Shown one piece after another: positions 13,701 to 28,700 of a DNA stretch of 64,000 nt (position 1 is its first letter; each line of letters starts with the position of its first letter). This DNA comes from Veleropilina oligotropha (taxonomy: Eukaryota), in contig JBEUKZ010000133.1 in the NCBI GenBank assembly GCA_048128005.1, positions 1 through 64,000 on the forward strand. Reading direction: 5' to 3'. The notes under the pieces are model-generated. The model saw only the letters and a program-made list of their open reading frames with translations, was not told where the DNA came from and did not search any database. Made by a program: the position numbers and the translations under genes.

Positions 13701-16700
13701 TCAAGATGAATAAAATCGGATATTAATTTGTCTGGCGATATGTTTATATCATACCATATTCTAATTACGTGCGACAACATATCGTCGAAAATTGTGGCGA
13801 ATAAATAGTAAAATTGCGACAGGAAAGATAGCTGTCATTATCACTTGACAAATCCATTTTGTTGAATAAAGTGAATGATGGATTATTTTGAAAGAAATAT
13901 GGAGCCATTATCATAAATAAAGGTGAAATTAATGTATCTGTATTAATTTTAGTTTCTTTGTAATGTTGGGAAAATTCCCAAATTTATCTGTATTACTTTC
14001 GCTTTTGGCCTAGTTCAATTGGCGATGTATATGTTATCTACTAGCAATGGGACATCGTTTTTTCAGTTCCATGCATTCCAAGTTTACAATTTTTGGCTCT
14101 CATGCAATGCAAATGTGAGTCTATGTAATGAGCATGTCGTCTGGCCGTCCTTCCGTCCGACCGGCGTCAACAATTGGTTCTCCTGTTAAGTTTTTGGTTA
14201 AAGTTTCTCAATCATGTTATATAAGCAACAATATGCATGTTTTAACATTTCTATATGCTAGATATCACTATTTCATCATTACCTCACACTAAATAAATAA
14301 TATTTATGGTAATTTCTTCTAATTTCACCATAAAATGCTGCTTTTGGACTTAATTTTAAAGGTTTTGGTTAGAGATTCACAATCATGCTATATAAGCTAC
14401 AATATGCATTCCATGCATGTTGGATATCACTATTTCATTGTTATCTGACCATAAATAAATAATATTGAAAATAATTGTGTCCCCCAAATGAAGTTTAGGG
14501 GGGTATATAGGAGCCTGTCGGTCTGTTGCAAATTCCCTTCCGCTCTATATCTACGATAATATTTCATCTAGGGACACAAAACTTGATGTGTGGATGCATC
14601 ATAACCCAAAGATGTGTCGCATACCGAAAGTAGGTCACTGCGACCTACTTTTCACACTTGATCGCACTTGGTCCAAAATTCCCTTCTGCACCATATCCCC
14701 CATACTATTTGACCGAGGGACACAAAACTTGATGTGTGGATGCGTCATAACCCAAAGGTGTGTCACGTACCAAAGTAGGTCACTGTGACCTACTTTCCAC
14801 GCTTGACCTCATTCGGTCCAAAATTCACTTCTGCTCCATATCTCCCATGCTATTTGACGGATGCCATGGACACGAAACTTGATGTGTGCATGCTTCATAT
14901 CCCAAAGGTGTGTCGGGTACCAAAAGTAGGTCACTGCGACAGCCTGTTCCTGGGTCAAGTGCTTTTGTGAGGGCATATGATCACTTCTATGACAAGTCTA
15001 GTTTTATTGAAATTTTACAATAAAATGCTTGGACTTAGGCAAGCTGTTAAGCATGCTATGTATGCAACAATAGGCATTATGATACTTTAGCATCTTCCTT
15101 TGTCAAATAATACTATTTCATTGTCATCTAACCCTAGAGTAGAAATATTGAAAGCAATTTAATTGAAATTTTGCATATAAATAGCCATTTTATAATATAA
15201 TATTGAATGTAGACACAATACTCATGAAATATAAGTTATTGATGCGCAGTTCCACCCATGCGAGTCATTTCGAGCTTTAGCTCTTGTTACTGTCAGATAT
15301 ATTGTACTAATAATACATAAATTATTTTTCTAGCATGCGGTTTAAGGTTTTTGAGCACAGAAAATGTCTTGTCATGCCGCGATCTCGGATTCATAGTTTT
15401 TGCTCGCAAAGGGGTCGTTCAGTTATTGCGGATTCGAAGACATCGATATTACATCATATAAATTATTATTTATATTAAATGTATCATAATAACTAATAAT
15501 ATGTCTATTTAAACATTACTTTAAAGGCCGGAGTGCCACTATAAAAGGGGCTAGGCAGTGGTATGCTCAATTCTGACTTGGAAACCAATCAGACTACATC
15601 GACATCGATTGGCTGCCACATGGTTAAAACAATAGAAATCCAATTACGAAGTGTGTTTCTAGTTGTCCGAGCAATTGTCACATTCAGACTTCACAGGCAA
15701 ACTTGTATACATGTCAATGTTAGGCCACGCCCCCAACGCCTGAGCAAAATCATCGACCAGGGGGTCACTTTTCCCGGCCTTTAAAGTCTGAAACAACAAT
15801 TTCCGAGCGTACATCGCCAGAAATAAATTTAATTATGTACCAAATGTAACTTTTGTGCGATATTTTAAAATGGTAAAAACGGTTGATGGTAACTTTGAGT
15901 CAATGAATGTATTTACTTTTTGTATTGTTTTAAACAATATTTATTGATCTAAGATAAACAATAGATTGACGAACAGGCAATTCTGCCTATATCAACGTCT
16001 CTCTATACAAACTAGTACATACATTTATAGATTTAAAGATGAACAGAAACTTTTACTCATAAATAAAGGATACAAGAAATAATTGCATAGAGCAATGACA
16101 ATGTACATTTGAATATATGTGGCTGACTATTATACAACTAACCATATTAGCTGGACAAATATTGTTCAGATGATATAAAGATAATTACTCGAATCGGGCA
16201 CTAGATAGAATAAATTGGTGAACTTGGATAAATATTCGCTGATTCAAGGTTGCAGTAAATTCCACATTTCCATTGAGAAGCGTGTCGATATCCAGGCAAT
16301 CGGTGGGTAGTATTTTAAGATATGAATCCCGCTGGTTTGTGTATAAGTTGCACGATAATAAAAAGTGACATGGATCTTCACATTCATGGCCACATCGACA
16401 TGACGAGTCATTCGTTAGAAAGCGGAGGAATTTATGATAGTTTAAATTGCTACAATCCATTCTCATTTGGCTATGTATAACCTGTAATTTTCTTAATCCA
16501 CAAAAGAAGTAAGGCGGAATTTTGTTATCATTTTTTGCAAGGCAAATTTTAAATTTTGAAATAGTGTCGGCGTTTCTAGTTTCTAAAGGTAAACTATTCC
16601 ATGTAAGTATTGTTGATGGAAGAAAGGATTTGGAATATTGCTGGGTTCTACATCTAATTGATTGTATCCCGGACACGAATTATGAATTATCTTGTATAGG

Positions 16701-19700
16701 AGTAACAGTTTATGTCTAGACCGCCTTTCTTCTAGTGGAATAAAGCCAGTTTCAACATATAGTACATTATGACTAGTTCCTCTAGGAGCACCACATATGG
16801 TTCGCAGCGCATCTAATTGCTGATTCTCAAGCAACGTTGATTGGGCTTTACTACAATTATGCCACACAACATCAGCGTAGTCAAAAATAGGTAATATAAA
16901 TGACCGATACAGGGTGAGCAACGCTTTACGCGAGAGTTTATATTTATACCTACGCAAACAGTTAATCATCGGGCTAGTTTTTTCAAGCAAATACCTGATA
17001 TGATAATCCCAGTCAGCGGACTTTTGAAGTATCAATCCTAAGTGCTTATGTGATTCAACTTGGGATAGTATTTTATTATCAAAAATAAGCGGTCGATGCA
17101 CATATGCCTCCCTTTTACGAGAGAACAAGATCGACTCTGTTTTCTCGGGACTAAATTTAACTTTCCAGGTTTCAGCCCATGTACTAATACGTTCAAGATC
17201 AGCATTTAGTGCATCGGCACTTTTCTCTCTATCGTCTACGATAATAAATAAAGAGGTATCGTCAGCAAATAGTTTAATATTTGTTTTTATGTCGTTCACA
17301 ATGTCATTTATATATACAAGAAACATTAGTGGTCCCAAGACTGAGCCTTGAGGCACACCTCCCATTAAAGTTCTATCGTTTGACGTTTTACTGTTTAGTA
17401 CCACACGTTGTTTACGATTGCTAAGGTAGCATTTACACCACTGCAATAGGTCTCCGCGAATACCAACTGCATCTAATTTATGAATTAGTCCGCGATGCCA
17501 GACTTTGTCAAAGGCCTTTGAAATGTCACAGAATACGGCGCGTACTTCGTTTCCATCGTCTAAAGCCTTCACGATAGAATTATACAAATCAACTGATGCT
17601 TAGTTATTACATTATTATCCAAAAAGAAATTGAAAATACGCTTAAAAATGCATTTCTCGAAGACCTTAGCTATCGAGCTCAACAGGGATATTGGTCTATA
17701 ATTGGTACAATAACTTTTATCTTTCTTTTTGTGAATCGGTAATACATTTGCACTTTTCCAATTGTTAGGAAAGGAACACGTGGATAATGATTTCTTGAAC
17801 AGTATCAATAGTGGTCCGGATAACTCATCCGCAAGCATTTTCAAGATTTTATTATTTATTTTGTCAGGTCCACATGAAGTCTTATTATTTAATGAGCTTA
17901 ATACGTCATGAACATCTAAGTATGTTAGATCAATTTTATCTATGAAATTTATAGATCGATTAATATCCGGCAAAGGAGAATTATCATCGTCAATTATTGT
18001 CTGATCTGCAAAAAAATTGTTAAATAATTCTGCTTTTTCAATGTCATCATATATAACAATTCCATCTTGCATTAACGGGGATGCTTCTGCTTTTGACGAG
18101 TGACCTTCATTCCGAATATCTTTAAGCAATCTCCACCATTTTTTTTCTCCAAACATGCGAGGGTCATTTATTTTTTTGTCTAAGTTTAATGCATACTTCT
18201 GTTTTGCAAGCCTGATCTCAGTAATTGTTAAATTTCTCGCACGCCTAAATTTATCCCAGTGTTCCGTGGTATTATATATTTTTGCTTTTTTATGAATGCG
18301 TTTACGATTGCGTATTAGTCGTCTAACAGCTCCAGTCATCCATGGGACATCGTTTGGACGAATCAGGACTATTTTGTTCGGGATATTTTTTTCCAAAATA
18401 TTTCCAATAGTTGTAGTAAATGTGTTAACAGAAGAATCTAAATTTTGATCACTAAGTATATTTTCCCAATTTAATGAATTTAGGGTTTCCTTTAGTCGTG
18501 TTATGTTAATCTTCGAGTAATCCCAAGTAAGCCTATGATAATTTGCTTTGCGTGGTTTGCTATGCTTCAATATTAACTCAACAGGGCAATGGTCACTACA
18601 TATTGGAGTCAAAACCCCAGATGATGCAACAAAATCAGTACAACTAACCATAATTAAATCAAGCAGAGAAGAGCTATTATCTGTGATACGGGTCGGTTCG
18701 TCTATTAATTGTGATAAACTATAGCGTTGAATTATATGTTGCAAGTGAATAAACGAACGCGACGACGGGTCGGAGTTGAAATCGCCCATTATCACGCAAT
18801 GGTTAATGTTGCTTTCTCTAGCTTTGCCAATAGATTCATCAATAAGATACCAATAATAATCACGTGACGTAGGTGGTCTATAAAAGGTTCCCACTACAAT
18901 TTTAGAATTAATACTAGTAATTTCTACCCAGACTGATTCAAGTCCCGGTACATCAAAGTCGGGCCGAGGGTGACATATAAGGTCATCCCGAACATATACT
19001 GCTACCCCGCCCCCTACATTATCTTCTCGATCCCTACGTATAATTTGATGGTATCCTTGTATATACAAATCGATATCACTGTGTAAGTTATTCAACCAAG
19101 TTTCTGAGAGAGATATTACGTCATATTCACTTAGCTCTGCTATAATAATATCTAATTTATTGATTAGGCTGCGAATGTTCATATGAATACACTTTAACTC
19201 GCTGCGTTGGCTATTTTGTGTTGGAGGACCAGGATGCGGTTCAATGTCACCACTGAGCATTATTAATAAGCAAATAATAATATTCATACAACATATGCCA
19301 CATATAGACAGATACCACGCATTGATGAAAGTAAAGTGCATTGTTCTAGATAAACCAATCTTGTGCGAGTTATGCAAGCCAATCCTTGACCTATATATAT
19401 TAAGATCAACCCCCATCGTCACACTTTGATACACGTATCGTTAAGTCGTCAGGGATTAGCTTGCTAAAGTTTGCAAAAATACATGAATACTTCGTGTTTT
19501 CGTAGTCTACATAATATATACAAGACTGAAGTGTTTCTTCAAAATAACAGGAGAGAGTAGTAGTTTCATTTTCATTACGTCTCATTTGCGTATCATTTAA
19601 GTTGAGTGAAATGTTTAAAAACAAAAAAAGGACAGTGATTGTCATATAATACATATAAATATGTTCGCAACCCGCTAAGTGGCTGCCTCGTGAGATTATA

Positions 19701-22700
19701 CGAATGTTACTGGTGCACTGTGTGGACCAAATTTGGTGCTTTTAAGTAGCATCACCTTGATGCTAAAGAATATCGTGCGAAACGTAAACAATAAGATTTA
19801 ATTTGAAACGATTTACCATTTTTACTCGAAACAGTTGCAGAGTACAATGTCGATATACAATCTCGATATGACATTTGGCACCTATAGTTTATAACACGTA
19901 CTGACACATACAATGCAGTATTAAACTATGTAAGCTTAAGTATACTTGAACTGACTCTGTTCTTGAGACAATACTATTTTGATCGACAGGAACTTTTCCA
20001 AGTCTGTGACTGAATTTACAACTTGTATGACGTCTTGATTATCTTTGACAAAAATTTTGCCATCATTTGTCCATGTTTGGGCTAATTTTTTCTCACGCTG
20101 AAGTTTTCTTGCTTCCATGAATAAGTGATGCTTAATTTTCGTAAGATCTTCTGCGATATAAGTACGTTCGGTTTCCTTCGACTTACGCAAAGCCGATTTC
20201 GCCTTGTACATTTTCCTCCTGGCTTTGTATCCGGAAAACTTCACGATTATTTGCCGGGACGTCTTGTGTCCTGGGGCACCGACACGGTGAGCACGATCTA
20301 TGTCGTTCGGCGACAGGTCGACGTGCAGGTATTCCTTGGCTAGATCTATGACAAGCTGTTCTACATCCTCGTGAGGAGATTCGGGGATACCAGATATGCG
20401 GAGATTAGCTCTCCTTGTGTATTGTTCCAGGTTATCAATTCGATTTTGTAATACGTCGTTTTGTATTTTCAATTTACTGTTTTCTATTCTCAACAATTTT
20501 AACTCGTCTAGAAAGTCCGAGTTTGAACTTTTAAGAGTGTCCTGTATCTGGGGTAGTATGAGCCGTAGTATTTCTTTTGCGAGAGCACTTGTATCTCTTC
20601 CCGACATATTTTCGTTGTCGGATTCCCAATCACTATTTGATTTTGGAGACTCGTCGCCTATTTTTTTCAGCTTTACTGGTTGTTTTTTCTGGCACGGGCT
20701 GCTCTTCTTTCGTTTGCGCTTTGAACTTGAAGGAGTGTAATGAGTTCGAAACATAAAGTGTTCATGCAAAGCCACGAAGCTGTATTCAACTATCACCAAC
20801 AAGCCACAAGCTGGACGGCGACCCAGTTCTTGATTGATTTGCTAATCAGACTAATGTTACGTAATACTTCGTGCGTTCGAGACTGGCAAAGCAATATATT
20901 TCTATAAATAGCCGTAAAAATTCAATCCTGGTTAAATTTTAAGTAATAAATCAGCATTTAAAACTATAAATTCACTGATATATGTTGATCAAGGTATAGC
21001 TGAAATTGATATCGTTTCCAAACGAGCGTTATAGAATACAACATAGCACACGTATGTACTGTATCGTGATGGAAGTCGTATCTTTAATCGACTTTATCAT
21101 GAATGGCCAAACCGATAACAACTTTCGTTGTAAGTACGATTTCTCGTCGATACGATTTACTCTTCATCTACAAGGCACAGTGCACACATTACAGCCATAA
21201 CACAATTGTCTCTAACGAAACACTAGCTCACCCGGTGGATTGCTTATCTCCGTTACATGGTATTCGTTTTGGAGAGCGAGACAAACACGTCGTCATTGTA
21301 TTCCGCCATCTTGATACTTTTTGTATTCACAATAATATACACACAATATCATGTTCAATTTTTAAACTTTACTATTCTTATAAATTTTGATATTCCTATT
21401 TTATAATAGACCTAGTAATGAAAAGACAAGATAAATATTGTCAATAAAAACATTGTTGTAAAAAATACATTCCAACGTGCAGCAATAATAATAATATATT
21501 GCAGATTTGTACTCACAAACAGTTAATATGCACTGGCAGATATTAGACAATTCCAAATAATAAAGTTTATTGAAACATGAAAACAGATAACATAAATAAA
21601 ATAGTCTTTATTCAGCTTGTACAAAAACAGAAATGTTAATATCCGAACTAGCAAATAATTTGGATAATCAAAAGTTCGGATAAGCGAAAGTTTATGGTTA
21701 CAGGGGTTTTCAAGGAACCAGTTTGAATATGTACTGACATTATGAAATCTAATTAAGATAAAACAAAACGAATATATAATACTTAAACATTATATAATAT
21801 CAGTAAATAAAAGATATAACTGGGTGAAGATATACATTAGTTTTACAGTTTGTACGTCTAATGGCGTTTGTACTATTTGCTTATAAACTGTCCTCGATGG
21901 TCCAACTGGTTAGGGCGTCGGAAAAACGTTATGTGGGACGGTAGGATGTGGGTTCAAGCCCGCTCCGGCCTGGCTTATTCTAAGGCTTAAAACTAATAGA
22001 TGGCATATCGCTAATGTATGTCGGTCAGATCGGAGCGAGACCTTAAACCGGGTGTCCAGACTGCGATAAGGCTGAAAAATTGTGAAAAAAGTAGTCGTTA
22101 AACAAATCCACCTACCTACTATGGCTTACTTCGGTTTGCTTCATGTTTCGCTTTCGTCGTTCCATTGCCTGTAACGCGCATTTGCCGCGCCTCGTTTTTC
22201 AGCCATTTTGATCAGATTCGAATAAAAACTGGACTGAACTGAATATCCGGTATCGGCTAGGCCGGTTTTCTATAGGTTGATGAACATAACTCACGTGGCA
22301 TTCACTCTAACCACAAACAGTTGATACATTAATTGAGTTGTTTGTATGAATGCGGCAGATTCAATCAGTATTGTATCAGTTAACTTAATGCAAAAGGAAA
22401 AATCTGATTAAAGCGAAAATCCGTTAACAATTCAAGTGAGTAGTAAAGTGATTTGCGACTGCATTAATCAGGGATTATGACAGACACGGTACTTTTACTA
22501 AACTATCTTTATTGTTATTAAACCACTGAATTAAGCTAGCGAAAATAATCTTTTTAAGTATACACATAGTACATTTGAATACAGGTCAACTCACCGCCTG
22601 GTCAACTCACCGCTAATCATTTAGAGTCAACTCACCGCCAGATCAACTCATTATTACAAGTCATAAATTATGCAAGTAAGATATGTACTGTACATGCTAA

Positions 22701-25700
22701 TACACATATACCAAAATCATACATGAAAAACAAGTGACTGAAGTCGTTTTATTTTTATTTGTGCGTTTTAATTTAAATAATATAATAAACAAATCATTAG
22801 TGAGTGTAGGGTTTATAAATACTTTTAAAATAATTATTTTATTAAATTTCACAATGCATCTACCGTTTACACATGTATGTAAAAATACACAAGTGCAGGT
22901 TATAATCACCTTTCTGAGAAACATATTTACTATTTCATCAAAGACAATAAGTGATAATATTTTTATTCAATAAAATGTGTTTCACATTTGAGACACACAC
23001 TTTGTTTCTTCGTCGATGGCAGCAACCCATTTCGTATATATGACCTGGAAGAAATAAATTTTATTTAGTAAATAGTATATTTATTTAAATTTTGATAAAA
23101 CATACTTGTAAAATACGGTGAGTTGACTTGACTTTCTTGACCTAGGTGCTGAGTTGACCTGTTACTGTACATTTATCTACAAAATACGACCCGCCACAAA
23201 CTTGAGTGATTGTCTGTAAAACTACAGAAGAATATCCTAGTCGCCTGCCATTTTGGCCAACAAAAGCCAATGTTTTTTGGAACACATGAAGTTAGTTTGG
23301 ATAAGAGAAAGGATCGGATAAAAGAAGTTTGGATAATGGGGCTTCTGCTGTACATAATTTTATTCATACAATGCAACATAATCAAGGTTGATATGAAGTA
23401 TATCATGCACAAAGTCGATAATTGATGTTATCTCACGAAATGACATTGGTACACAATGAGTTAATGTCCAGGGGTCACGCTACAGAGGAAGTCGCCCTGA
23501 AATGTCCGACTTCGCTCAGGTTCGACCAAAAAGAGATAACTTAATTTATGTACTAAATAATACTTACTTATAGAGAATTATTAAAACTCTCTTTCATAGA
23601 ATATTAAAATCTTATTATCTAATGTGCCATCATGGATAACACTTTTTCATATGAATTTTTGCGATAACATGAAATGGATCAGGTTAATTATGTATACATC
23701 TTTATTCACAAAACAAAGACATACCGATGAATTGTGCGACACGTTCTACGTTGTCGGTAATCCCGCTGTGAAATTTCCGTGATACAGCGTATTTTTGCAA
23801 CCAAAGAATCGATTGACACAATTCGCCACATGGAATCAAAGCAGCCATTGTTTCTAAGGGGTTTACACGAAACAAATCACGGTTGTTTACGATCACACTT
23901 CGGCTGTTTCCGTGATAGTAACACCATTGAAAATAATTAGTTTCGGCAATTAATTTTGCGTTTTTTTCAAAGTTAACAATTGTATTTTGTTCACATTGAA
24001 TGCGTGTCAGATAACGATATCAACGGAGAATACAGGCTTGATATTAAAAGTGAAAGATGTCGTCTAATATAATGTAATTAGGCTATGTCAAAAGGGGATT
24101 TCCACAAAATATCACCATCTTCAGTATGATACTATGAAACAAATGATCGCTAATGAAGAACATTGCAGAATTTCTCATGATAGACCAATCATGTAAATAT
24201 TTGATTTTAGTCAGATTATTGATAAATGGAAATCAACCAAATACTAGTATATAACATTTTATTTAATGTAAATTGTCTATTTTTATTATTTTATATTTAC
24301 ATATACATTTTATTAAATATAATATAAACAATACAAATAAACAAACCGTTGTAAAAATATATTTCATATATAATGGCATTAAAAATAATAATTACTCACA
24401 TTTTTTTAATGTGTTTTTTATTTCGTAGATGCAAAATTTACAATATTTCACTTCTCTCTGTCAGCTCTGACTTCTCCTTGTTGGCTCTCAAAAGAGAAGG
24501 CACTCGGCTTGATCCCTGAATTGCCTGTATTGATGCCTTTGCTTACCTGGTTTGATGCATTTGATATACAAACATTTCAGGAGAAAAATTAAAGCGTAAT
24601 GTTATTTTCTTTTAACTATTGCATCAACAAGACCAGCATTAGATGTACATGTGTTATTTGTATTTGTAGGGCGATTATTTTGATTCTGGCCGAGACTTGA
24701 TTCCCATCCGATGGATGGCTCCGGAACTGCTGATGCTGCAGTCCGGGGTCTGGCAAACCGTGGAGTTCACATACAAAGCAAATATATGGTAAGGCCATAT
24801 ATACTGGTGGTTTTGGGTCACCTGCAATAAAAATGCAAGTTTATGTAATGAGCATGTCGTCCCAAATTCCGACCGGCGTCAACAATTGGTCATGAATGTT
24901 AATTTAAAAGTTTTTGGTTAAATTTACTCTATCCTGCTATATGTGCATTTTTGTTTTGTATTTCAGTATGTTAAATATGATTATTCTATTATTGTCTGAC
25001 CCAACCTTGGTAATATTGAAGGTAATTTATTTCACATTTTACCATAAAACAAGAGAATAATTCTCTGCTTTTGATGCCAGCCACTTTGAGGTTTTGTTAA
25101 CTTATTTCATTTTCAATGTGTATTATCATTATTTGTTACATAATTTCAATGTTTAGTGCTTTTATGTCTTATATTGGTGAAATAATTTACACTTAGTCTA
25201 GTATTATTGCAGATTTTATATAAGACTATTTATGATGCCATGTGGCTTTGACGTTAATTAATTTTACCTGTAATATTATTCATGTTGACTGTTTTAGCAT
25301 GAATGATGTTAATGTCACTTACAGGGCATTTGGTATTGCATTATGGGAGATCTTGGAGATGGGTAGGCAGCCGTATCCAGACCTGTCCGACCAGGAAACG
25401 CTGGACCAAGTGTTTAAGGAAAGAGTCACAAAACCAGCGCTGCCAAATGTACAACTTGAAAATAAGGAGTGCTTGTAAGTATCTAATGATGCCATTGAAA
25501 CATTAAACTAACTGCATACTCTATGTGACGTGTATTCATGGGTATCAATTTTGTAATTGTAAAGTTTGAATATTGTAAATGATATTCTGATTAGTGTTAT
25601 TTCTTAAACGTCTAATTTGCATTATTACATGTTAAAACATTTCTGTGACGTCATCTATTGTTCTGGGCAGTTGTTTATTCTGCCTATTCAATCGAAGAAC

Positions 25701-28700
25701 AAAGCTTTCTTGGCGCAGCAGTGGTTTATTTTCCGGGCATTCAACTAATACACTCCAATTAAGGAATCTCATTGAACTAATCCATTCAATTAAAGACCCT
25801 TTTCAACTATTTCACTCCAATTAACGTCAATAGAGGCACCTGGTGGTGAATGGCATGGGCCAATTGCTCAATAGTAAAATGTTTTAAGTGACATAAACTA
25901 CTCAATAGCCTTGAATAGTTCAGAGAATACACTCCTGTCACGGGCCTCACGGCCCTCGACAGGAGTGGATTCTCTGAACTATTCAATGCTATCGAGTAGT
26001 TTATCCCATACAGAAATTGCACTAAATTATTTCTTGGAACCACTTTTTCAGTCCCATAGGCTGATAGCCTTGAGACACTCTGTGTAGGGTTTTATAGGAC
26101 ATGCTTGACAAAAACGTTTGTGTGCTATAATGCTATAAATAGACGTCTTATATTTCTGGAGTTATAATTACAAATTTTGTAAGACATGCATGTTAATTCA
26201 TAGATAATTCAATGTAGAATTTTATTTTTATACATTATTGCAGTTAAAGAATGGATGCAATATGTATATATTCCATGCAAGTAAGGGCACCTATTTTACA
26301 TAATGTTCACTGAACACAGTAACGATGCCAGCAAGAATAACGTCAGCCAAATTATAAAGATACGCATCCAGTTTAGTCCAAATATTTTATTGGATAAGGT
26401 GATGTATTGCCATACATGTTGCTACCAGAGTCTGCTTACATGAGATGGACAACAAAATGCATGTTGATAGTTTGATTGTAGAGCAGCTTTTCATAGCTCT
26501 GATGTACACATTTTTCACTAACATTCAGTTGAACTCGTAATAAGTCATGACCAACGAAACGGATTGCAAATTGTTATTGTAATGAAGATGTGTAAAACAC
26601 AGCACAGATATCGACGTAGCAACCTGTCGCCCCAAGGCAACGACCTGGTCTGCTCGGAATAAGAATTCATGTCTACATTAATGGCAGTATGCATCATATA
26701 GCATCTAACTCTCGCCCCCTCACAGATTTCATAATAATGACACAATGTCACATGCATATGTACACATGATGCAATAAAGGCCCCAGAAGCATATCCCATT
26801 TAATAATGATCCTGGAGGCATATCCCATAAAATATGATAATTTGGTTCCACAAAATTTAATGTTTATCTGCATCCTGTGGAACCCGGATCTATTTGCCCA
26901 CATGGCTTGTCCACTAGACACCTAGGACACGCACGCAATGATTTAATATGCACATAACAAAAATATCATGACCTTAAGCACGTAACAAAATTAACCCATT
27001 TACATGGTTCGCACAACCTTGAAAAGGACTTAAATTTGACCGTCTATAATGAAAAGTGGTTGAATTTGACCGTCTATAATGAAAAGTGCTTGAATTTGAA
27101 AATAACCTTGAAAAGTCCTTGAATATGACCAAACAGTCTTGAATAGCTCTTGAATATCATCATGGTAACTATTTTAATATTTAGCGTTCCTATATCTTAG
27201 TTATATTTATTAACTTTATGGTACTTACATCTGTTTTCGTTCGCGGTGAAGTCGGTCACCATTTATCTGGACAGATTTGCATTCGGACAGAATAAATAGA
27301 TTCGGAAATCTTCGATTTTTGTGAATGTCAAGTTTAACACTAACTCGTTGATTTCCGTTGAGTCTCGGAACTAGCAGATAATGGCAGAAACAGTCGGACA
27401 TTGAAGACAATAAAAGTTGTCTCCCTTGACCGACAATGTGTTTATTCGATTTTATTCGCGAAATATGAAGGAAATTTTGTCAATAACGTGTAAATAATAT
27501 AATTTTAATCAACAATTTACAGCGGATATGGCAGGATATATGCGTTTTTAATAGAAATTGGCTTTCGCAGGTGGAATATGCATCGTGGATACGGGAAGTA
27601 AAAACTGACAAACATAAAGCCATGTGCGCGTTGTGCAACAAAATTATTATAATCATTTTTAATTCAAGTTTAACACGAAGTTGAATAATGTGCCTTTTAT
27701 TCATGTACTTATAATTATCACTGTTCCATGTTGCATATATCACATTCATTATATATTGATTTGCATTGAAAAAATAGTCCTTGAAAATTTTTTGTGAAGT
27801 TCTTGAAAAGTCCTTGAATTTCATGTGGCTATTTTTGTACGAACCATGATTTATAAAGGAGTAAATATGATTTTGTTGCAAATGTTGATAATAATGTTTT
27901 ATTTTTACTTTAAAAAGAAAATGTTATGTAATGAGTAAATTTCTTACATTATTATTATAGTGTATAATTTTTATATCAGAAAATGTAACAAACAAGAAAA
28001 CAATAATTTGAAATATCCTTATTAAATTAAGGATGAAATGTCTCTAAATAAGTGTTAATTTTGTTGTTTGTGTTTGTTTTTGGTTTGTAGTTTCCTGATG
28101 GAGTGTTCTCTTTCTGTGCAGGTTTGAAGTTATGAAGTTCTGCTGGCTGTCAGCTGATTATCGACCTACCATCGAAGACGTTCACAACATTCTTAAGCAG
28201 CTTCTGGCAACCAAAGAGCAGGACGATTTTGAAGTACGATGGCACCGTCTTATCCCCAAAGAGGCCAGAGTTCATCGCCCGGAACCCGTTTCAAGACGAG
28301 TCGAAGTCATCTTGCATGAATCCGAGCACAGAGATATAAACGAGTCTGAAGTTTCATCGGGCACCGGGTCGATAACTGACCCTTTGGAGGCGCACGCTGA
28401 TATGATGCCGATCAACGAGAAAACTCCGTCCAAATCGCACACATATCAAATGACCAGCACACCTTTAAATCATTCGGGTCAAACTGAGAGTTTTGCCTCG
28501 GCCAAAACTGAGGTTGGTAACAGCCGTTATGTGACCGCAAAAAGTTTTCCATCCAATTTCGAGCAAAATGACAGTAGCATCGACGAAACTATGTTCTCAG
28601 ACTTAGACTCGGGATCAAAGGGTACCAAGGATTCTGCTTATAGTGACACTAGTAACGTTAATAACACCTCAACCACTCCACTGTTCGGAGATGTTCCCTT

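Larger units (their letters stand above)
15927..21314 (-). mobile_element. Full-length non-LTR retrotransposon (CR1/L2 group, Crack-like), ORF2 disrupted
   Basis: Exact 13-bp TSD TACTTTTTGTATT at 15914-15926 and 21315-21327; ORF1, about 500-bp spacer, APE-RT ORF2; AATAAA just inside the 3' end. Confidence 0.92.
13306..23460. mobile_element. piggyBac-like non-autonomous element containing nested insertions
   Basis: TTAA|CTCATTGCGTACCAAT ... ATTGGTACACAATGAG|TTAA (15/16 TIR match, TTAA TSD). Confidence 0.65.

Noticed and set aside
21889..21970. tRNA gene calls at SINE heads (also 33859, 40590, 41238)
   Set aside because: A/B boxes are present but no complete cloverleaf, and each continues into a repeated SINE body.
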